From assembly GCA_028700595.1 (NCBI GenBank), contig JAQVSJ010000001.1, forward strand, positions 17,345 to 65,297: a stretch of 47,953 bases of DNA. The letters are read 5' to 3'. Made by a program: the position numbers and the translations under genes. The notes beneath the pieces were generated by a model. That model searched no databases and was not told the DNA's origin. It saw nothing but the letters and a program-made list of their open reading frames with translations. Shown one piece after another: positions 1-9,222 of this stretch. Each line of letters begins with the position of its first letter. Within the stretch, counting starts at the first letter, position 1. The DNA is from Bacilli bacterium. Lineage in GTDB: Bacteria > Bacillota_I > Bacilli_A > RF39 > UBA660.

Positions 1-13
1 TTTAAATTTTTGC

Positions 14-66
14 AAAAAAAATACCAACCAAGAATCTTATACAAGACAAGAAACTTAATTGGTATA
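14..66 (-). terminator. Intrinsic-terminator-like hairpin plus U-tract (copy 1). It may be the whole body of a ~50-nt RNA.
   Basis: Minus strand: AUACCAAUUAAG-(21-nt loop UUUCUUGUCUUGUAUAAGAUU)-CUUGGUUGGUAU followed by U7. The stem is 12 bp including 2 G-U pairs. The stem begins about 5-7 nt after the -10 box. Confidence 0.6.
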
Positions 67-69
67 AAA

Positions 70-98
70 ATAATAACATGGATATTAATATATGTCAA
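70..98 (-). promoter_or_regulatory. Sigma-70/SigA-type promoter inside repeat copy 1 (TTGACA-N17-TATTAT, TG at -15/-14)
   Basis: The minus strand reads AAAAAGGTTGACA-tatattaatatccatgt-TATTAT. The -35 is at 98..93 and the -10 at 75..70. The architecture AAAAAGGTTGACA...ATGTTATT matches the rpsP promoter at 27254-27282. Confidence 0.55.
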
Positions 99-119
99 CC
101 TTTTTGTTTAAATTTTTGC

Positions 120-172
120 AAAAAAAATACCAACCAAGAATCTTATACAAGACAAGAAACTTAATTGGTATA
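120..172 (-). terminator. Intrinsic-terminator-like hairpin plus U-tract (copy 2). It is positioned to terminate the glyQS/orf164 transcript.
   Basis: Sequence identical to copy 1. It lies 50 nt downstream of the stop codon of the 222-716 ORF. Confidence 0.65.
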
Positions 173-175
173 AAA

Positions 176-204
176 ATAATAACATGAATATTAATATGTG
201 TCAA
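176..204 (-). promoter_or_regulatory. Sigma-70/SigA-type promoter inside repeat copy 2 (TTGACA-N17-TATTAT)
   Basis: Same hexamers and spacing as copy 1 (-35 at 204..199, -10 at 181..176). Two substitutions fall in the spacer and one just upstream of the -35; both hexamers are unchanged. Confidence 0.55.
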
Positions 205-221
205 CACTTTTTTGTAAATAT

Positions 222-716
222 TTATCTTTTTCTTGAATTTAATAATTGCAATCTCTCTTCCTTCGTTGGTTTTGCAATATCAATCATATATTTTTGATAT
301 ACAATATGTAATGCTTTATTAATCTTATAACTTTCTTTAAGACTGAAATTTTCAGTAGACATTTCTAAACATTCTTTAAATTCCTTTTTTAATTCTTCAT
401 ACGTCTTATGTCTACGATTATCAATATCATCTATATAATCATTAACGTCTTTCTTTAATTTGGATTTTATTATATCAAGACAACATTTAAATTGCATATC
501 TTTTTCCATCTTAATAATCTTATTTAAAGATGTATTAGACATATTCATCTTTTTTAATTCATTAATTATATTATCTCTTTCTTTAATTAATGTTTGTAAA
601 CTAGAATTAGCCTTACCATTATTTGTTGTTTCTCTAATATCATCACATACAATTATATATCGTTGTTTTAATTGTTCTATTTTAATCATATTCTGCTTAA
701 TTACTTCATTATTCAT
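222..716 (-). CDS. Hypothetical protein, 164 aa, Lys/Glu/Asn-rich, probably helical or coiled-coil
   Basis: Intact ORF directly downstream of glyQS on the same strand. I recognise no motif. Confidence 0.5.
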   Translation of the reverse strand: MNNEVIKQNMIKIEQLKQRYIIVCDDIRETTNNGKANSSLQTLIKERDNIINELKKMNMSNTSLNKIIKMEKDMQFKCCLDIIKSKLKKDVNDYIDDIDNRRHKTYEELKKEFKECLEMSTENFSLKESYKINKALHIVYQKYMIDIAKPTKEERLQLLNSRKR

Positions 717-720
717 GATA

Positions 721-2085
721 TTAAATCTTTATCTTGTTTTCAATATATTGAATTAAATCATTAGTATTAACTACTTCTTGTTTCATAGAATCTCTATCTC
801 TAATAGTAACTGTATTATCTTTAATTGTGTTTTCATCAACTGTAATACATAGTGGAGTTCCAATAACATCTTGTCTTCTATATTTCTTACCTATATTTGC
901 AGTATCATCATAAGTACAAGAAAAATATTTACTTAATAATTCATATAATTCATATGCTTTATCTTTATGTTCTTTCTTAACTAATGGAAATACTGCAACT
1001 TTATATGGTGATATAAAAGGTTTTAGTTTTAATACTTCTCTTTTAGTACCATCTTGTAATGTTTCCTCTTCATATGAGTCACATAATAGTGTTAAAAACG
1101 CTCTGTCAACGCCTATTGTAGATTCTACTACATAAGGTATATATTTTTCATTATTATCAGAATCTAAATATTCCATATTTTGTCCACTAATTTTTTGATG
1201 TTGATTTAGATCATAATCTGTTCTATTGTGTGTTCCATTAATTTCTCCCCAACCAAATGGAAATAAATATTCTATATCACAAGCTGCTTTTGCATAAAAT
1301 GCTAATTTATCATGATTCTTAAATCTTAATTTTTCTTTATTAATTCCTAAATCTACAAAAAAATCTTTAGCATACTCTTTAAAGTATTCATATATTTCTT
1401 CATCATTTCCTTTTTTGCAAAAAGTTTGATATTCCATTTGTTCAAACTCTATAGTTCTAAATATAAAATTACCAGGTGTTATTTCGTTTCTAAAAGCTTT
1501 ACCTATTTGACCAATACCGAATGGTATTTTACAACGCATTGTTCTTTGAACATTTAAATAATTAATATATTCTCCTTGTGCATTTTCAGGTCTTAAATAA
1601 ACTAAATTTTTAGAATCATTAAGTACTCCTCTATATGTTTGAAATAAAAGATTAAATTGTCTAATATCAGTAAAATTACTTTTATGGCATTTTGGACACT
1701 CAACTTTATTTTTATTTATGTATTCTAACATTTCTTCATTAGACATCAAATCTACTTTAATAGAACTATCATGTTCAGATATTAAGTTATCAACTCTATA
1801 TCTAGATTTACATTCCTTACAATCAACTAAAAGATCATTAAAATTACTAACATGTCCACTAGCTTCCCATACTTTAGGATGCATTAAAATAGAAGAATCT
1901 ATTTCATAACTATTAGCTCTTTCTTGAATAAATCTTTTTCTCCAAAAATCTTTTATATTGTTTTTCATCTTACTACCTAAAGGACCATAATCCCAAGTAT
2001 TAGCAAGACCACCATATATTTCACTGCCTTGAAATATAAATCCATATTGTTTACATAAATTAGTTATCTTATCAATCGTTAACAT
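721..2085 (-). CDS. glyQS: Glycine--tRNA ligase, single-chain alpha2 type
   Basis: The N-terminus reads ...YGFIFQGSEIYGGLANTWDYGPLG and the protein shows the class II core. Position after era-recO matches Bacillus. Start moved to the ATG at 2085 (MLTIDKI), preceded by GGAG. Confidence 0.9.
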   Translation of the reverse strand: MLTIDKITNLCKQYGFIFQGSEIYGGLANTWDYGPLGSKMKNNIKDFWRKRFIQERANSYEIDSSILMHPKVWEASGHVSNFNDLLVDCKECKSRYRVDNLISEHDSSIKVDLMSNEEMLEYINKNKVECPKCHKSNFTDIRQFNLLFQTYRGVLNDSKNLVYLRPENAQGEYINYLNVQRTMRCKIPFGIGQIGKAFRNEITPGNFIFRTIEFEQMEYQTFCKKGNDEEIYEYFKEYAKDFFVDLGINKEKLRFKNHDKLAFYAKAACDIEYLFPFGWGEINGTHNRTDYDLNQHQKISGQNMEYLDSDNNEKYIPYVVESTIGVDRAFLTLLCDSYEEETLQDGTKREVLKLKPFISPYKVAVFPLVKKEHKDKAYELYELLSKYFSCTYDDTANIGKKYRRQDVIGTPLCITVDENTIKDNTVTIRDRDSMKQEVVNTNDLIQYIENKIKI

Positions 2086-2089
2086 TTTA

Positions 2090-2833
2090 TCATCTCCATT
2101 TTTCAATATTATCTAAAAACTTTTTAGTTGCAAAATACAAACCAGTATGTTTATCATAATAATCATTTATAACGTTATCTATCTCTCTTATAGTATCTTC
2201 ATTTATACTTAATTTACTTATCTTAGATATATCAATATAATTATACATTCTTAAATACTTAATAGTATCTAATTTAACAATAATTTCATTTGTTCTACAA
2301 TCTTTACATAACAAGCCATTACTATCAGCTGAAATTGTTACTATATCTTGTTTTTTTCCACATTTAGAACATTTATCCAATATTGGGAAAACTCCTAAAT
2401 ACATTAAATATTTCATTTCTAATATATTTTTTATTACTATACAATTATACCCTTCATTAATTTTTAATATTGAAAATATAAATGAATCATATATATTGTT
2501 AATATTATCTTCTGATACTTGTTTTAATACTTGATAAGTTAATTCCATTATATAAGAAACATATCCAATTTTAAAAATATCTTTTCTTATTTCTAATAAA
2601 TTATTAATTACATCTACTGATGTTAGAACAGATAATTTATCTTTTTTATAATATATTTCAAAAATACCATATACAAATTTGTTTGAAACATTACATAAAG
2701 CATTCTTAGGTTTCTTACATCCTTTAGATATTATGGATATAACTCCATATTGCTTAGTTAATACATCAATTATTTTACTTGAATCTCCATAATCTCTATC
2801 TCTTAAAACAATCCCTTCAACTTTTTCAAGCAT
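2090..2833 (-). CDS. recO: DNA repair protein RecO
   Basis: 247 aa with an N-terminal OB region (EGIVLRDRDYGDSSKI) and a Cys4 zinc motif (CSKCG...CKDC). era-recO synteny. Confidence 0.85.
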   Translation of the reverse strand: MLEKVEGIVLRDRDYGDSSKIIDVLTKQYGVISIISKGCKKPKNALCNVSNKFVYGIFEIYYKKDKLSVLTSVDVINNLLEIRKDIFKIGYVSYIMELTYQVLKQVSEDNINNIYDSFIFSILKINEGYNCIVIKNILEMKYLMYLGVFPILDKCSKCGKKQDIVTISADSNGLLCKDCRTNEIIVKLDTIKYLRMYNYIDISKISKLSINEDTIREIDNVINDYYDKHTGLYFATKKFLDNIEKWR

Positions 2834-2845
2834 AATAACACATCC

Positions 2846-3718
2846 CTAAAATCCTAGCTTAGAAAGATGCTTTTCCTTATCTCTCCATTTTGGAATACAC
2901 TTAACATATAATTTTAAAAATACTTTTTTTTGTAAAAGTTTTTCTATATCAATTCTTGCTTTAGTTCCAATTTCTTTAATTTTATCACCATTTTTACCAA
3001 TAATAATCTTTTTTATTCCTTCTCTTTCAACAATAATAAGAACATCTATTTCAATTAATTGCTTATTTTCTTTAATATTTTCAACCATACAAGTTGTTGA
3101 ATGAGGGATTTCATCATCCGTTAAATTTAATATTTTTTCTCTAACATATTCAGATATAAGAAATTCTTTAGTAACATCTGAAATACAATCATTTTCATAA
3201 TATTTTATCGGATCAACTATATATTTCTTAATAACACTTATTAGCACATCAACATTTTCGCCTTTTAATGCGGATATAGGTACTATTTCATTAAAATTGC
3301 CTAAATCTTTATATGCATCAATTATTTTCAAAATCATTTCTTTTTTTATAGTATCAATCTTGTTTAAAACCAATATTACAGGTTTATTCATCTTATTAAG
3401 TCTTTCAATAATAAATTTGTCTCCAGGCCCTATTCCATCACATACATCTACTAAAAATAGAATAACATCAACTTCATTCATACAACTGTATGCTCTATCA
3501 TTTAATACTTTACCTAATCTGTGTTTAGGCTTGTGTATTCCAGGTGTATCAATAAACACTATTTGATGTTCATTATCATTATATATACCTTGTATATTAT
3601 TTCTAGTAGTTTGTGGTTTATTAGATATAATTGCCAATTTACTTTTCATTATATTATTTAATAATGTAGATTTACCAACATTAGGTCTTCCAACAATACT
3701 TACAAATCCTGATTTCAT
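2846..3718 (-). CDS. era: GTPase Era
   Basis: G1 GRPNVGKST, G3 DTPG, G4 NKID, and a C-terminal KH domain. Confidence 0.95.
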   Translation of the reverse strand: MKSGFVSIVGRPNVGKSTLLNNIMKSKLAIISNKPQTTRNNIQGIYNDNEHQIVFIDTPGIHKPKHRLGKVLNDRAYSCMNEVDVILFLVDVCDGIGPGDKFIIERLNKMNKPVILVLNKIDTIKKEMILKIIDAYKDLGNFNEIVPISALKGENVDVLISVIKKYIVDPIKYYENDCISDVTKEFLISEYVREKILNLTDDEIPHSTTCMVENIKENKQLIEIDVLIIVEREGIKKIIIGKNGDKIKEIGTKARIDIEKLLQKKVFLKLYVKCIPKWRDKEKHLSKLGF

Positions 3719-4101
3719 AATAAATCTTCCTTATCAAAAGAATGACTTAACAAATCTTTTAATATGATTCTTTCTTCAAACTTATTTTTTGAATATAAAT
3801 ATATTGGCAAATCTTTACTAACAAAATCATTTAATGCTTGTCTACATATATAACAAGGAAAAGAATACTTATCACTATCAACCATAATATGTAATTCTTT
3901 AAAATCTTCCTTTTTAAGTCCATTACTCATAGCATTAAACAAAGCATTTCTTTCAGCACATATACCTGCTTGTGGAGAACTAGTTTCAATATTAACACCA
4001 TTAAACAATCTACCATCATTACTTACAAGAATAGCAGATACTTTAAAGTTGTAATAATCACTTCTCGAATTTTTTAACAATTTTAATAATTCATTATACA
4101 T
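3715..4101 (-). CDS. cdd: Cytidine deaminase
   Basis: CAERNA and PCxxCRQ zinc-ligand motifs, 128 aa, 4-nt overlap with era. Confidence 0.85.
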   Translation of the reverse strand: MYNELLKLLKNSRSDYYNFKVSAILVSNDGRLFNGVNIETSSPQAGICAERNALFNAMSNGLKKEDFKELHIMVDSDKYSFPCYICRQALNDFVSKDLPIYLYSKNKFEERIILKDLLSHSFDKEDLL

Positions 4102-4109
4102 AAATCACC

Positions 4110-4532
4110 TCACATAAATAATGATAATATCTTTGGTACAAAAACATATAACCAAACACATCCTGCAACTATTGATATAAAAAATACTGCAGCAGATGCA
4201 CAATCTTTAGCAACTTTTGCTAATGGATGAAATTCCTCAGTTACTAAATCTACAGTTGCCTCAATAGCTGTATTTAACAATTCTGCAACAACAATAATAG
4301 CAGCAGCAAACAAAACTAATACCCATTGTATACCAGATATCTTAAAATACATTCCAGCACATACTACTACTATAGATAATATAACATGTATTAGCAAACT
4401 TTGTTCATTAGTATAGGCATATTTTAATCCTGCTAATGAATTAGTAATACTATTTATAAATCTCCTAAAACCAAATTGTTTCTTTATAATTTCTCTATGT
4501 GTCTTTTTTCTACCTTGTTTTTTTGATCCCAT
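4110..4532 (-). CDS. dgkA: Diacylglycerol/undecaprenol kinase family protein
   Basis: Small three-TM protein with ...ELLNTAIEATVD... Position between ybeY and cdd matches Bacillus. Confidence 0.8.
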   Translation of the reverse strand: MGSKKQGRKKTHREIIKKQFGFRRFINSITNSLAGLKYAYTNEQSLLIHVILSIVVVCAGMYFKISGIQWVLVLFAAAIIVVAELLNTAIEATVDLVTEEFHPLAKVAKDCASAAVFFISIVAGCVWLYVFVPKILSLFM

Positions 4533-4962
4533 AATTCTCTAATATCTCCTTCTGTTTTTTGAACATTATTTTTTCATCTTCTTCATTAATATGATCATAT
4601 CCTAATAAATGAAGGAAACCATGAATCATTAAGAAACATAATTCTCTTAATAATGAATGATCATAATCATTAGCCTGCTCCTTAGCTTTATCTAATGAAA
4701 TATAAATATCACCTAACACTCTTATTTTATCATATATTACAGGTTTATAATCCTCAAATGCAAAAGAAATTACATCAGTCTCCTTATCAATTTTTCTATA
4801 ATCTCTATTTAACTCCTTAATTTTAGTATTATCAACTAATATTATATCAAATTCAACATTATCTAACTTTTCATATTTTAAAGCATATTTAATAAGCTTT
4901 TTCATTTCTGATATTTCTCTTACATCATACTTAGTCTCATTAAATATTTCTATAGTATTCAT
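4510..4962 (-). CDS. ybeY: rRNA maturation endoribonuclease YbeY
   Basis: HGFLHLLGYDH metal-binding motif, 150 aa. Confidence 0.9.
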   Translation of the reverse strand: MNTIEIFNETKYDVREISEMKKLIKYALKYEKLDNVEFDIILVDNTKIKELNRDYRKIDKETDVISFAFEDYKPVIYDKIRVLGDIYISLDKAKEQANDYDHSLLRELCFLMIHGFLHLLGYDHINEEDEKIMFKKQKEILENYGIKKTR

Positions 4963-5582
4963 TTTATCACCGTTCCAATCAAATATTTATAAAAATCAGA
5001 GAAAAATATAAATAATATTAAAATTAACAAAATTACAATCATATTAATAAACCAATCTTTTTTAAAAATAGATGGTAACTTATAACTAATATTAAAAAAT
5101 ATTTTATAAATATAAAAACCAATAATGCCACCTAATAAATTCAAAATAACATCATCAACATCAAATACTCTACCTATCAATATTTGAGTAACCTCAATAG
5201 AAATAGATGATATTAAAGTTAAAATAATAATTGGTATTACTTTTTTAATTCCTAATATATAAGAAATAAATAATCCAAATGGAATAAAAAGTAAAATATT
5301 ACCTACTACATTAGTAAAAAATAGCTTATCATTTAAATCATATCTAAAAATTTCTTCAAATGGTATAAAATTGCTACTTCCATAACTACTATCTTGAAAA
5401 GAAACAATGTAAAATAATAATAATATATATATTAAAAATGATAATAATAATAATTCTTTGTATAATACGAACTTTTCTTTTTTAACAAATAAATAAGAAA
5501 TTCTTAGAGATGATAATATAACAGTAAATATAATTATCATAGGCCAAGCATTGCTTAAAGCATCAGTTAAAGCAAACTTCAT
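4959..5582 (-). CDS. VanZ-family membrane protein
   Basis: Multi-TM protein with ...NILLFIPFG... and ...E.TQ...GR.FDVDDVILNLLGG... Start moved to the ATG at 5582 after GAGAGGTGA. Confidence 0.6.
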   Translation of the reverse strand: MKFALTDALSNAWPMIIIFTVILSSLRISYLFVKKEKFVLYKELLLLSFLIYILLLFYIVSFQDSSYGSSNFIPFEEIFRYDLNDKLFFTNVVGNILLFIPFGLFISYILGIKKVIPIIILTLISSISIEVTQILIGRVFDVDDVILNLLGGIIGFYIYKIFFNISYKLPSIFKKDWFINMIVILLILILFIFFSDFYKYLIGTVIK

Positions 5583-5655
5583 TACTATCACCTCTCTACT
5601 AAATATTATAACACAATATATATTCTATATTACACTTATAAAAAGAAATTCCTTT

Positions 5656-5680
5656 AAAAAAAAGATTTCATTGAAATCTT
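5656..5680 (-). terminator. Rho-independent terminator after rpsU
   Basis: Minus strand reads AAGAUUUCAAUGAAAUCUU followed by U8, immediately after the rpsU stop codon. Confidence 0.75.
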
Positions 5681-5875
5681 TTAATAATCAGAGTTTCTAC
5701 TGTTTTTTCTACTATTTTTAATAGCATTCTTTTTAGCTTCCCTTTTAACTATACCAGGCTTGCTATAATGCTCTCTTTTTTTAACTTCTGAGAGGGTACC
5801 ACTCTTTGATACTTGTTGTTTAAATCTCTTTAGGGCTCCTTCAATATTACCATTTTTTACAACAGTCTTAATCAT
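5681..5875 (-). CDS. rpsU: 30S ribosomal protein S21
   Basis: [19 protein letters not shown]... Start moved to the ATG at 5875 after GGGAGGG. Confidence 0.9.
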   Translation of the reverse strand: MIKTVVKNGNIEGALKRFKQQVSKSGTLSEVKKREHYSKPGIVKREAKKNAIKNSRKNSRNSDY

Positions 5876-5895
5876 TCTAATCCCTCCCTTCATTT

Positions 5896-5924
5896 TTACA
5901 ACAAAATTATAACATTATTATAAA
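5896..5924 (-). promoter_or_regulatory. Promoter of rpsU (TTGAAA-N17-TATAAT with TG extended -10)
   Basis: Minus strand reads TTGAAA-atgttttataataatgt-TATAAT, with -35 at 5924..5919 and -10 at 5901..5896. Confidence 0.55.
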
Positions 5925-5958
5925 ACATTTTCAATATATTTTATATCAAAAAGGACAG

Positions 5959-6150
5959 CTATGCCGTCTTCTTTTCTTTATTATTCAAAACTAATTTGCC
6001 TTTATAATATCCACATTCTTTACAAACTCTATGTGGTCTTATAACTGCTCCACAATTTGAACACTTTGTAGTAGTATTAGCATCAATCTTATAAAAAGTA
6101 CGATGCATTCTCTTTCTAGTCTTACTAACTCTTCTAAATGGAACTGCCAT
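5959..6150 (-). CDS. rpmF: 50S ribosomal protein L32
   Basis: MAVPFRRVSKTRKRMHR plus a CxxC...CxxC zinc ribbon, 63 aa. Confidence 0.95.
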   Translation of the reverse strand: MAVPFRRVSKTRKRMHRTFYKIDANTTTKCSNCGAVIRPHRVCKECGYYKGKLVLNNKEKKTA

Positions 6151-6151
6151 A

Positions 6152-6613
6152 TTATTCTGCCTCCTTATTACTATTTATATCTTCCTCTGTTAATAACTTC
6201 CAGCCATTACCATTAAAATTATTTCTATTTAATCCTTCTTTAATAATTTTTATTGGTATTTCCATTAAGATATTTTGCCATATAATTGGTTTAATATCAA
6301 TAGATTTACCATTTATTTTTAAATATTCTTCATCTAAATCAGGATTATCAGTTAAAATTTCACTAATATTAATATTAATTGGTATATTTACATCTTCTAA
6401 AGAAATAGAACATGGTAATACCATATTACCAACTACATTAATATATAAAGAATAAACTTCGTCCATTGTTTTCTTTATACTACCGCATATCTCAATAGCA
6501 TTTATTTTCTTAATATCAGTATTTTTCAAATATTCTTCATCAAATTCAATAATATTTTCAAAATTAACTTCATCTACATAACTGTTTAACAATCTAGTTA
6601 AATCTATATTCAT
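6152..6613 (-). CDS. yceD: YceD/DUF177 family protein (23S rRNA accumulation protein)
   Basis: Acidic ~153-aa protein immediately upstream of rpmF, the conserved arrangement. Start moved to the ATG at 6613 after GGTGG; the longer ORF-track start runs into the divergent promoter region. Confidence 0.7.
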   Translation of the reverse strand: MNIDLTRLLNSYVDEVNFENIIEFDEEYLKNTDIKKINAIEICGSIKKTMDEVYSLYINVVGNMVLPCSISLEDVNIPININISEILTDNPDLDEEYLKINGKSIDIKPIIWQNILMEIPIKIIKEGLNRNNFNGNGWKLLTEEDINSNKEAE

Positions 6614-6716
6614 ATAACCACCGGATAACATTATACTAGTTTTTTTTATAATATGCAACAAATAATTAAATTGAAGATTAGCTAAACATATGTTATTATT
6701 TGTTCGAGGTGATATT

Positions 6717-7856
6717 ATGAAATCAGTAGGAATTATTGTTGAATACAATCCTTTTCACAATGGTCACTTATATCATTTAAATGAAACTAAGAAAAAATAT
6801 AAAGATCATATTATTATTGCAGTAATGAGCGGAAATTTCACTCAAAGAGGAGATACAAGCATTATAAATAAACAATTAAAAACTTTAATAGCTTTAAATC
6901 ACGGAATTGATATTGTTGTAGAATTGCCATTTCAATATGCAACTCAAAGTGCAGATATATTTGCTAAAGGTGCAATTGAAATACTAAATAATTTAAAAAC
7001 AGATGTAATTATGTTCGGCAGTGAATCTAATGATATTAAAAAATTAAAAGAAATTGCTACAAAAATTACACATAATAAAGAATACGAAAAAATAATAAAC
7101 AATAATTTAAGTCTTGGAAATAATTATCCAAAAGCTACATTGGATGCTTTAAATCAAATAAATAATACTGAAATAAATACACCAAATGATATACTAGGTA
7201 TTTGTTATATAAAAGAAATATTAAAAAACAAATATAATATAGAATATAATTGTATAAAAAGAACAAATGATTATCATGATTTAAAAATTAAAAATATATG
7301 TAGTGCATCAAGTATTAGAAATGCAATAAAAGAAAAAAAAGATATTAAAAAATCAATTCCACAAGACACTTATAAAGCATTAGATCATTTATCATTTATT
7401 GATAATTATTACAATTTATTAAAATATAAAATATTATCATCAAATGATTTAAGCATATATCAAGGTGTTAATGAAGGAATTGAAAATAGAATTAATAAAT
7501 ATATACTAATATCTAACTCGTTAGAAGAATTAATTAAAAATATAAAAACTAAAAGATATTCTTATAATAAAATAAAAAGAATGCTTACTCATATATTAAT
7601 CGGTTATACAAAAGAAGAAAATAAAATATTAATTAATACTAACTATATAAGAGTACTTGGTTTTACAAAAAAAGGACAAAAATACTTAAACAAAATAAAA
7701 AAAGATATAAATATACCTTTGATAACAAATTATACTAAATATAAAAATTTACTATATTTAGATTATAAAGCAACATGTATATATTCACAAATATTTAACA
7801 AAGAATATAGTTATAGACTAATTAAAGATGAATTAAATAAACCAATAATAAAATGA
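6717..7856 (+). CDS. tmcAL: tRNA(Met) cytidine acetate ligase (UPF0348/YlbM-type nucleotidyltransferase)
   Basis: GIIVEYNPFHNGHLYHL HIGH-like motif. Start at the ATG at 6717 after GAGGTGA. Confidence 0.7.
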   Translation: MKSVGIIVEYNPFHNGHLYHLNETKKKYKDHIIIAVMSGNFTQRGDTSIINKQLKTLIALNHGIDIVVELPFQYATQSADIFAKGAIEILNNLKTDVIMFGSESNDIKKLKEIATKITHNKEYEKIINNNLSLGNNYPKATLDALNQINNTEINTPNDILGICYIKEILKNKYNIEYNCIKRTNDYHDLKIKNICSASSIRNAIKEKKDIKKSIPQDTYKALDHLSFIDNYYNLLKYKILSSNDLSIYQGVNEGIENRINKYILISNSLEELIKNIKTKRYSYNKIKRMLTHILIGYTKEENKILINTNYIRVLGFTKKGQKYLNKIKKDINIPLITNYTKYKNLLYLDYKATCIYSQIFNKEYSYRLIKDELNKPIIK

Positions 7857-7864
7857 GTTCACAC

Positions 7865-9139
7865 TCATTTTATTATTTCAATATTACCCATATAAGGTCT
7901 TAAAGCAATAGGTATATTAATTGATCCATCTTCATTAATATTATTCTCTAAAAAAGATATTAACATTCTTGGCGGAGCTACTACAGTATTATTTAGAGTA
8001 TGTGCATAATATTTATTACCATTATCATTTATTCTAATTGCTAATCTCCTAGCTTGTGCATCAGTTAAATTAGAACAACTTCCAACTTCAAAATATTTTT
8101 GTTGTCTTGGACTCCAAGCTTCAACATCTATACTCTTATATTTTAAATCTGCTAAATCACCACTACAACATTCTAAAGTTCTAACTGGTATATCTAAAGA
8201 TCTAAAGAAATCCACTGAATATTGCAACATCTTATTAAACCACTCACTACTTTCTTCTGGTTTACAAACAACAATCATTTCTTGTTTTTCAAATTGATGT
8301 ATTCTATATACTCCTCTTTCTTCAATACCATGAGCACCAACTTCTTTTCTAAAACATGGGGAATAAGATGTCATAGCATATGGTAAAGATTCTAAATCTA
8401 ATATTTTATCTTTAAATTTTGCTATCATTGAATGTTCACTTGTACCAATTAAATACAAATCTTCACCTTCAACTTTATACATCATATTTTCTCTTTCTTC
8501 AAAACTCATAACACCATCAACACATTCACCTTTAATTAAAAATGGAGGAATACAATATATAAATCCTTTATTAATCATATAATCTCTTGAATAACTTAAT
8601 ATTGCCGAATGCAATCTGGCTATATCTCCTGTTAAATAATAAAAACCATTACCTGCAATCTTTCTAGCAGAATCCAAATCAATACCATTTAGTTTTTCCA
8701 TTATATCTATATGATATGGTATTTCAAAAGCAGATATTTTAGGTTCTCCATACTTATTTAATTCAACATTCTTTGAAGAATCTTCTCCTAAAGGTACATC
8801 ATCAGAAATAATATTAGGTATTTTAATCATAATGTCTTTTATTTTATTTTCTAATTCAGATTCTTTATTTTCAATTTCTAATAGCTTATTATTTATTTCA
8901 ATTACTTCTAACTTTAATTGTTCAGCTTTTGATTTATCATCTTTTATAACACTGCCAATTAATTCACTTTTACTATTTCTTTCACTTCTTAATGTATCAG
9001 CTTTAACTTTTAAATCTCTATATTCTAAATCAAGATTTTTAACATCATCAACAAATGATAATTTATAATCTTGAAATTTTTTCTTTATATTCTCTTTTAC
9101 AAATTCACTATTTTCTCTTATTAATTTAATATCTATCAT
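7865..9139 (-). CDS. serS: Serine--tRNA ligase
   Basis: N-terminal coiled-coil arm, class II motifs (FRKE..., GSCSN...QARR), 424 aa. Confidence 0.95.
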   Translation of the reverse strand: MIDIKLIRENSEFVKENIKKKFQDYKLSFVDDVKNLDLEYRDLKVKADTLRSERNSKSELIGSVIKDDKSKAEQLKLEVIEINNKLLEIENKESELENKIKDIMIKIPNIISDDVPLGEDSSKNVELNKYGEPKISAFEIPYHIDIMEKLNGIDLDSARKIAGNGFYYLTGDIARLHSAILSYSRDYMINKGFIYCIPPFLIKGECVDGVMSFEERENMMYKVEGEDLYLIGTSEHSMIAKFKDKILDLESLPYAMTSYSPCFRKEVGAHGIEERGVYRIHQFEKQEMIVVCKPEESSEWFNKMLQYSVDFFRSLDIPVRTLECCSGDLADLKYKSIDVEAWSPRQQKYFEVGSCSNLTDAQARRLAIRINDNGNKYYAHTLNNTVVAPPRMLISFLENNINEDGSINIPIALRPYMGNIEIIK

Positions 9140-9222
9140 ACTTACTCCTTTTTAATAAAAAAAGATATTTAATTTAGGAACAAAATATCAAAGTTCCATA
9201 TAACCGAATCATTTATATACTA

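Larger units (their letters stand above)
1..214. repeat. Tandem direct repeat: two copies of a ~106-bp unit (1-106 and 107-214). The first copy abuts the window edge, so the array may continue beyond position 1.
   Basis: Positions 1-80 and 107-186 are identical by eye. The remaining ~27 bp differ by a few substitutions and a small indel (gatattaatatatgtcaacc vs aatattaatatgtgtcaaca). Confidence 0.9.

Noticed and set aside
78-164. 28-codon plus-strand ORF (MDINICQPFCLNFCKKNTNQESYTRQET) spanning the junction of the 106-bp repeats, and a 37-codon hydrophobic ORF starting at 184; considered as possible type I toxin or small peptide genes
   Set aside because: There is no Shine-Dalgarno sequence upstream of either ATG. 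The two copies diverge in reading frame and product. The conserved part of the repeat is better explained by the minus-strand promoter-hairpin structure.
9140-9222. Possible T-box or other leader upstream of serS. Also checked upstream of glyQS (2086-2089) and hisS (34532-34599), and for a preQ1 riboswitch upstream of queA and tgt (40067-40111).
   Set aside because: The intergenic spaces (4-83 nt) are too short for a T-box and contain no GGUGGUACC-like box or preQ1-type hairpin. The hairpin GGAAC-N11-GUUCC at 9176-9196 has no adjacent U-tract, so I did not call it a terminator.
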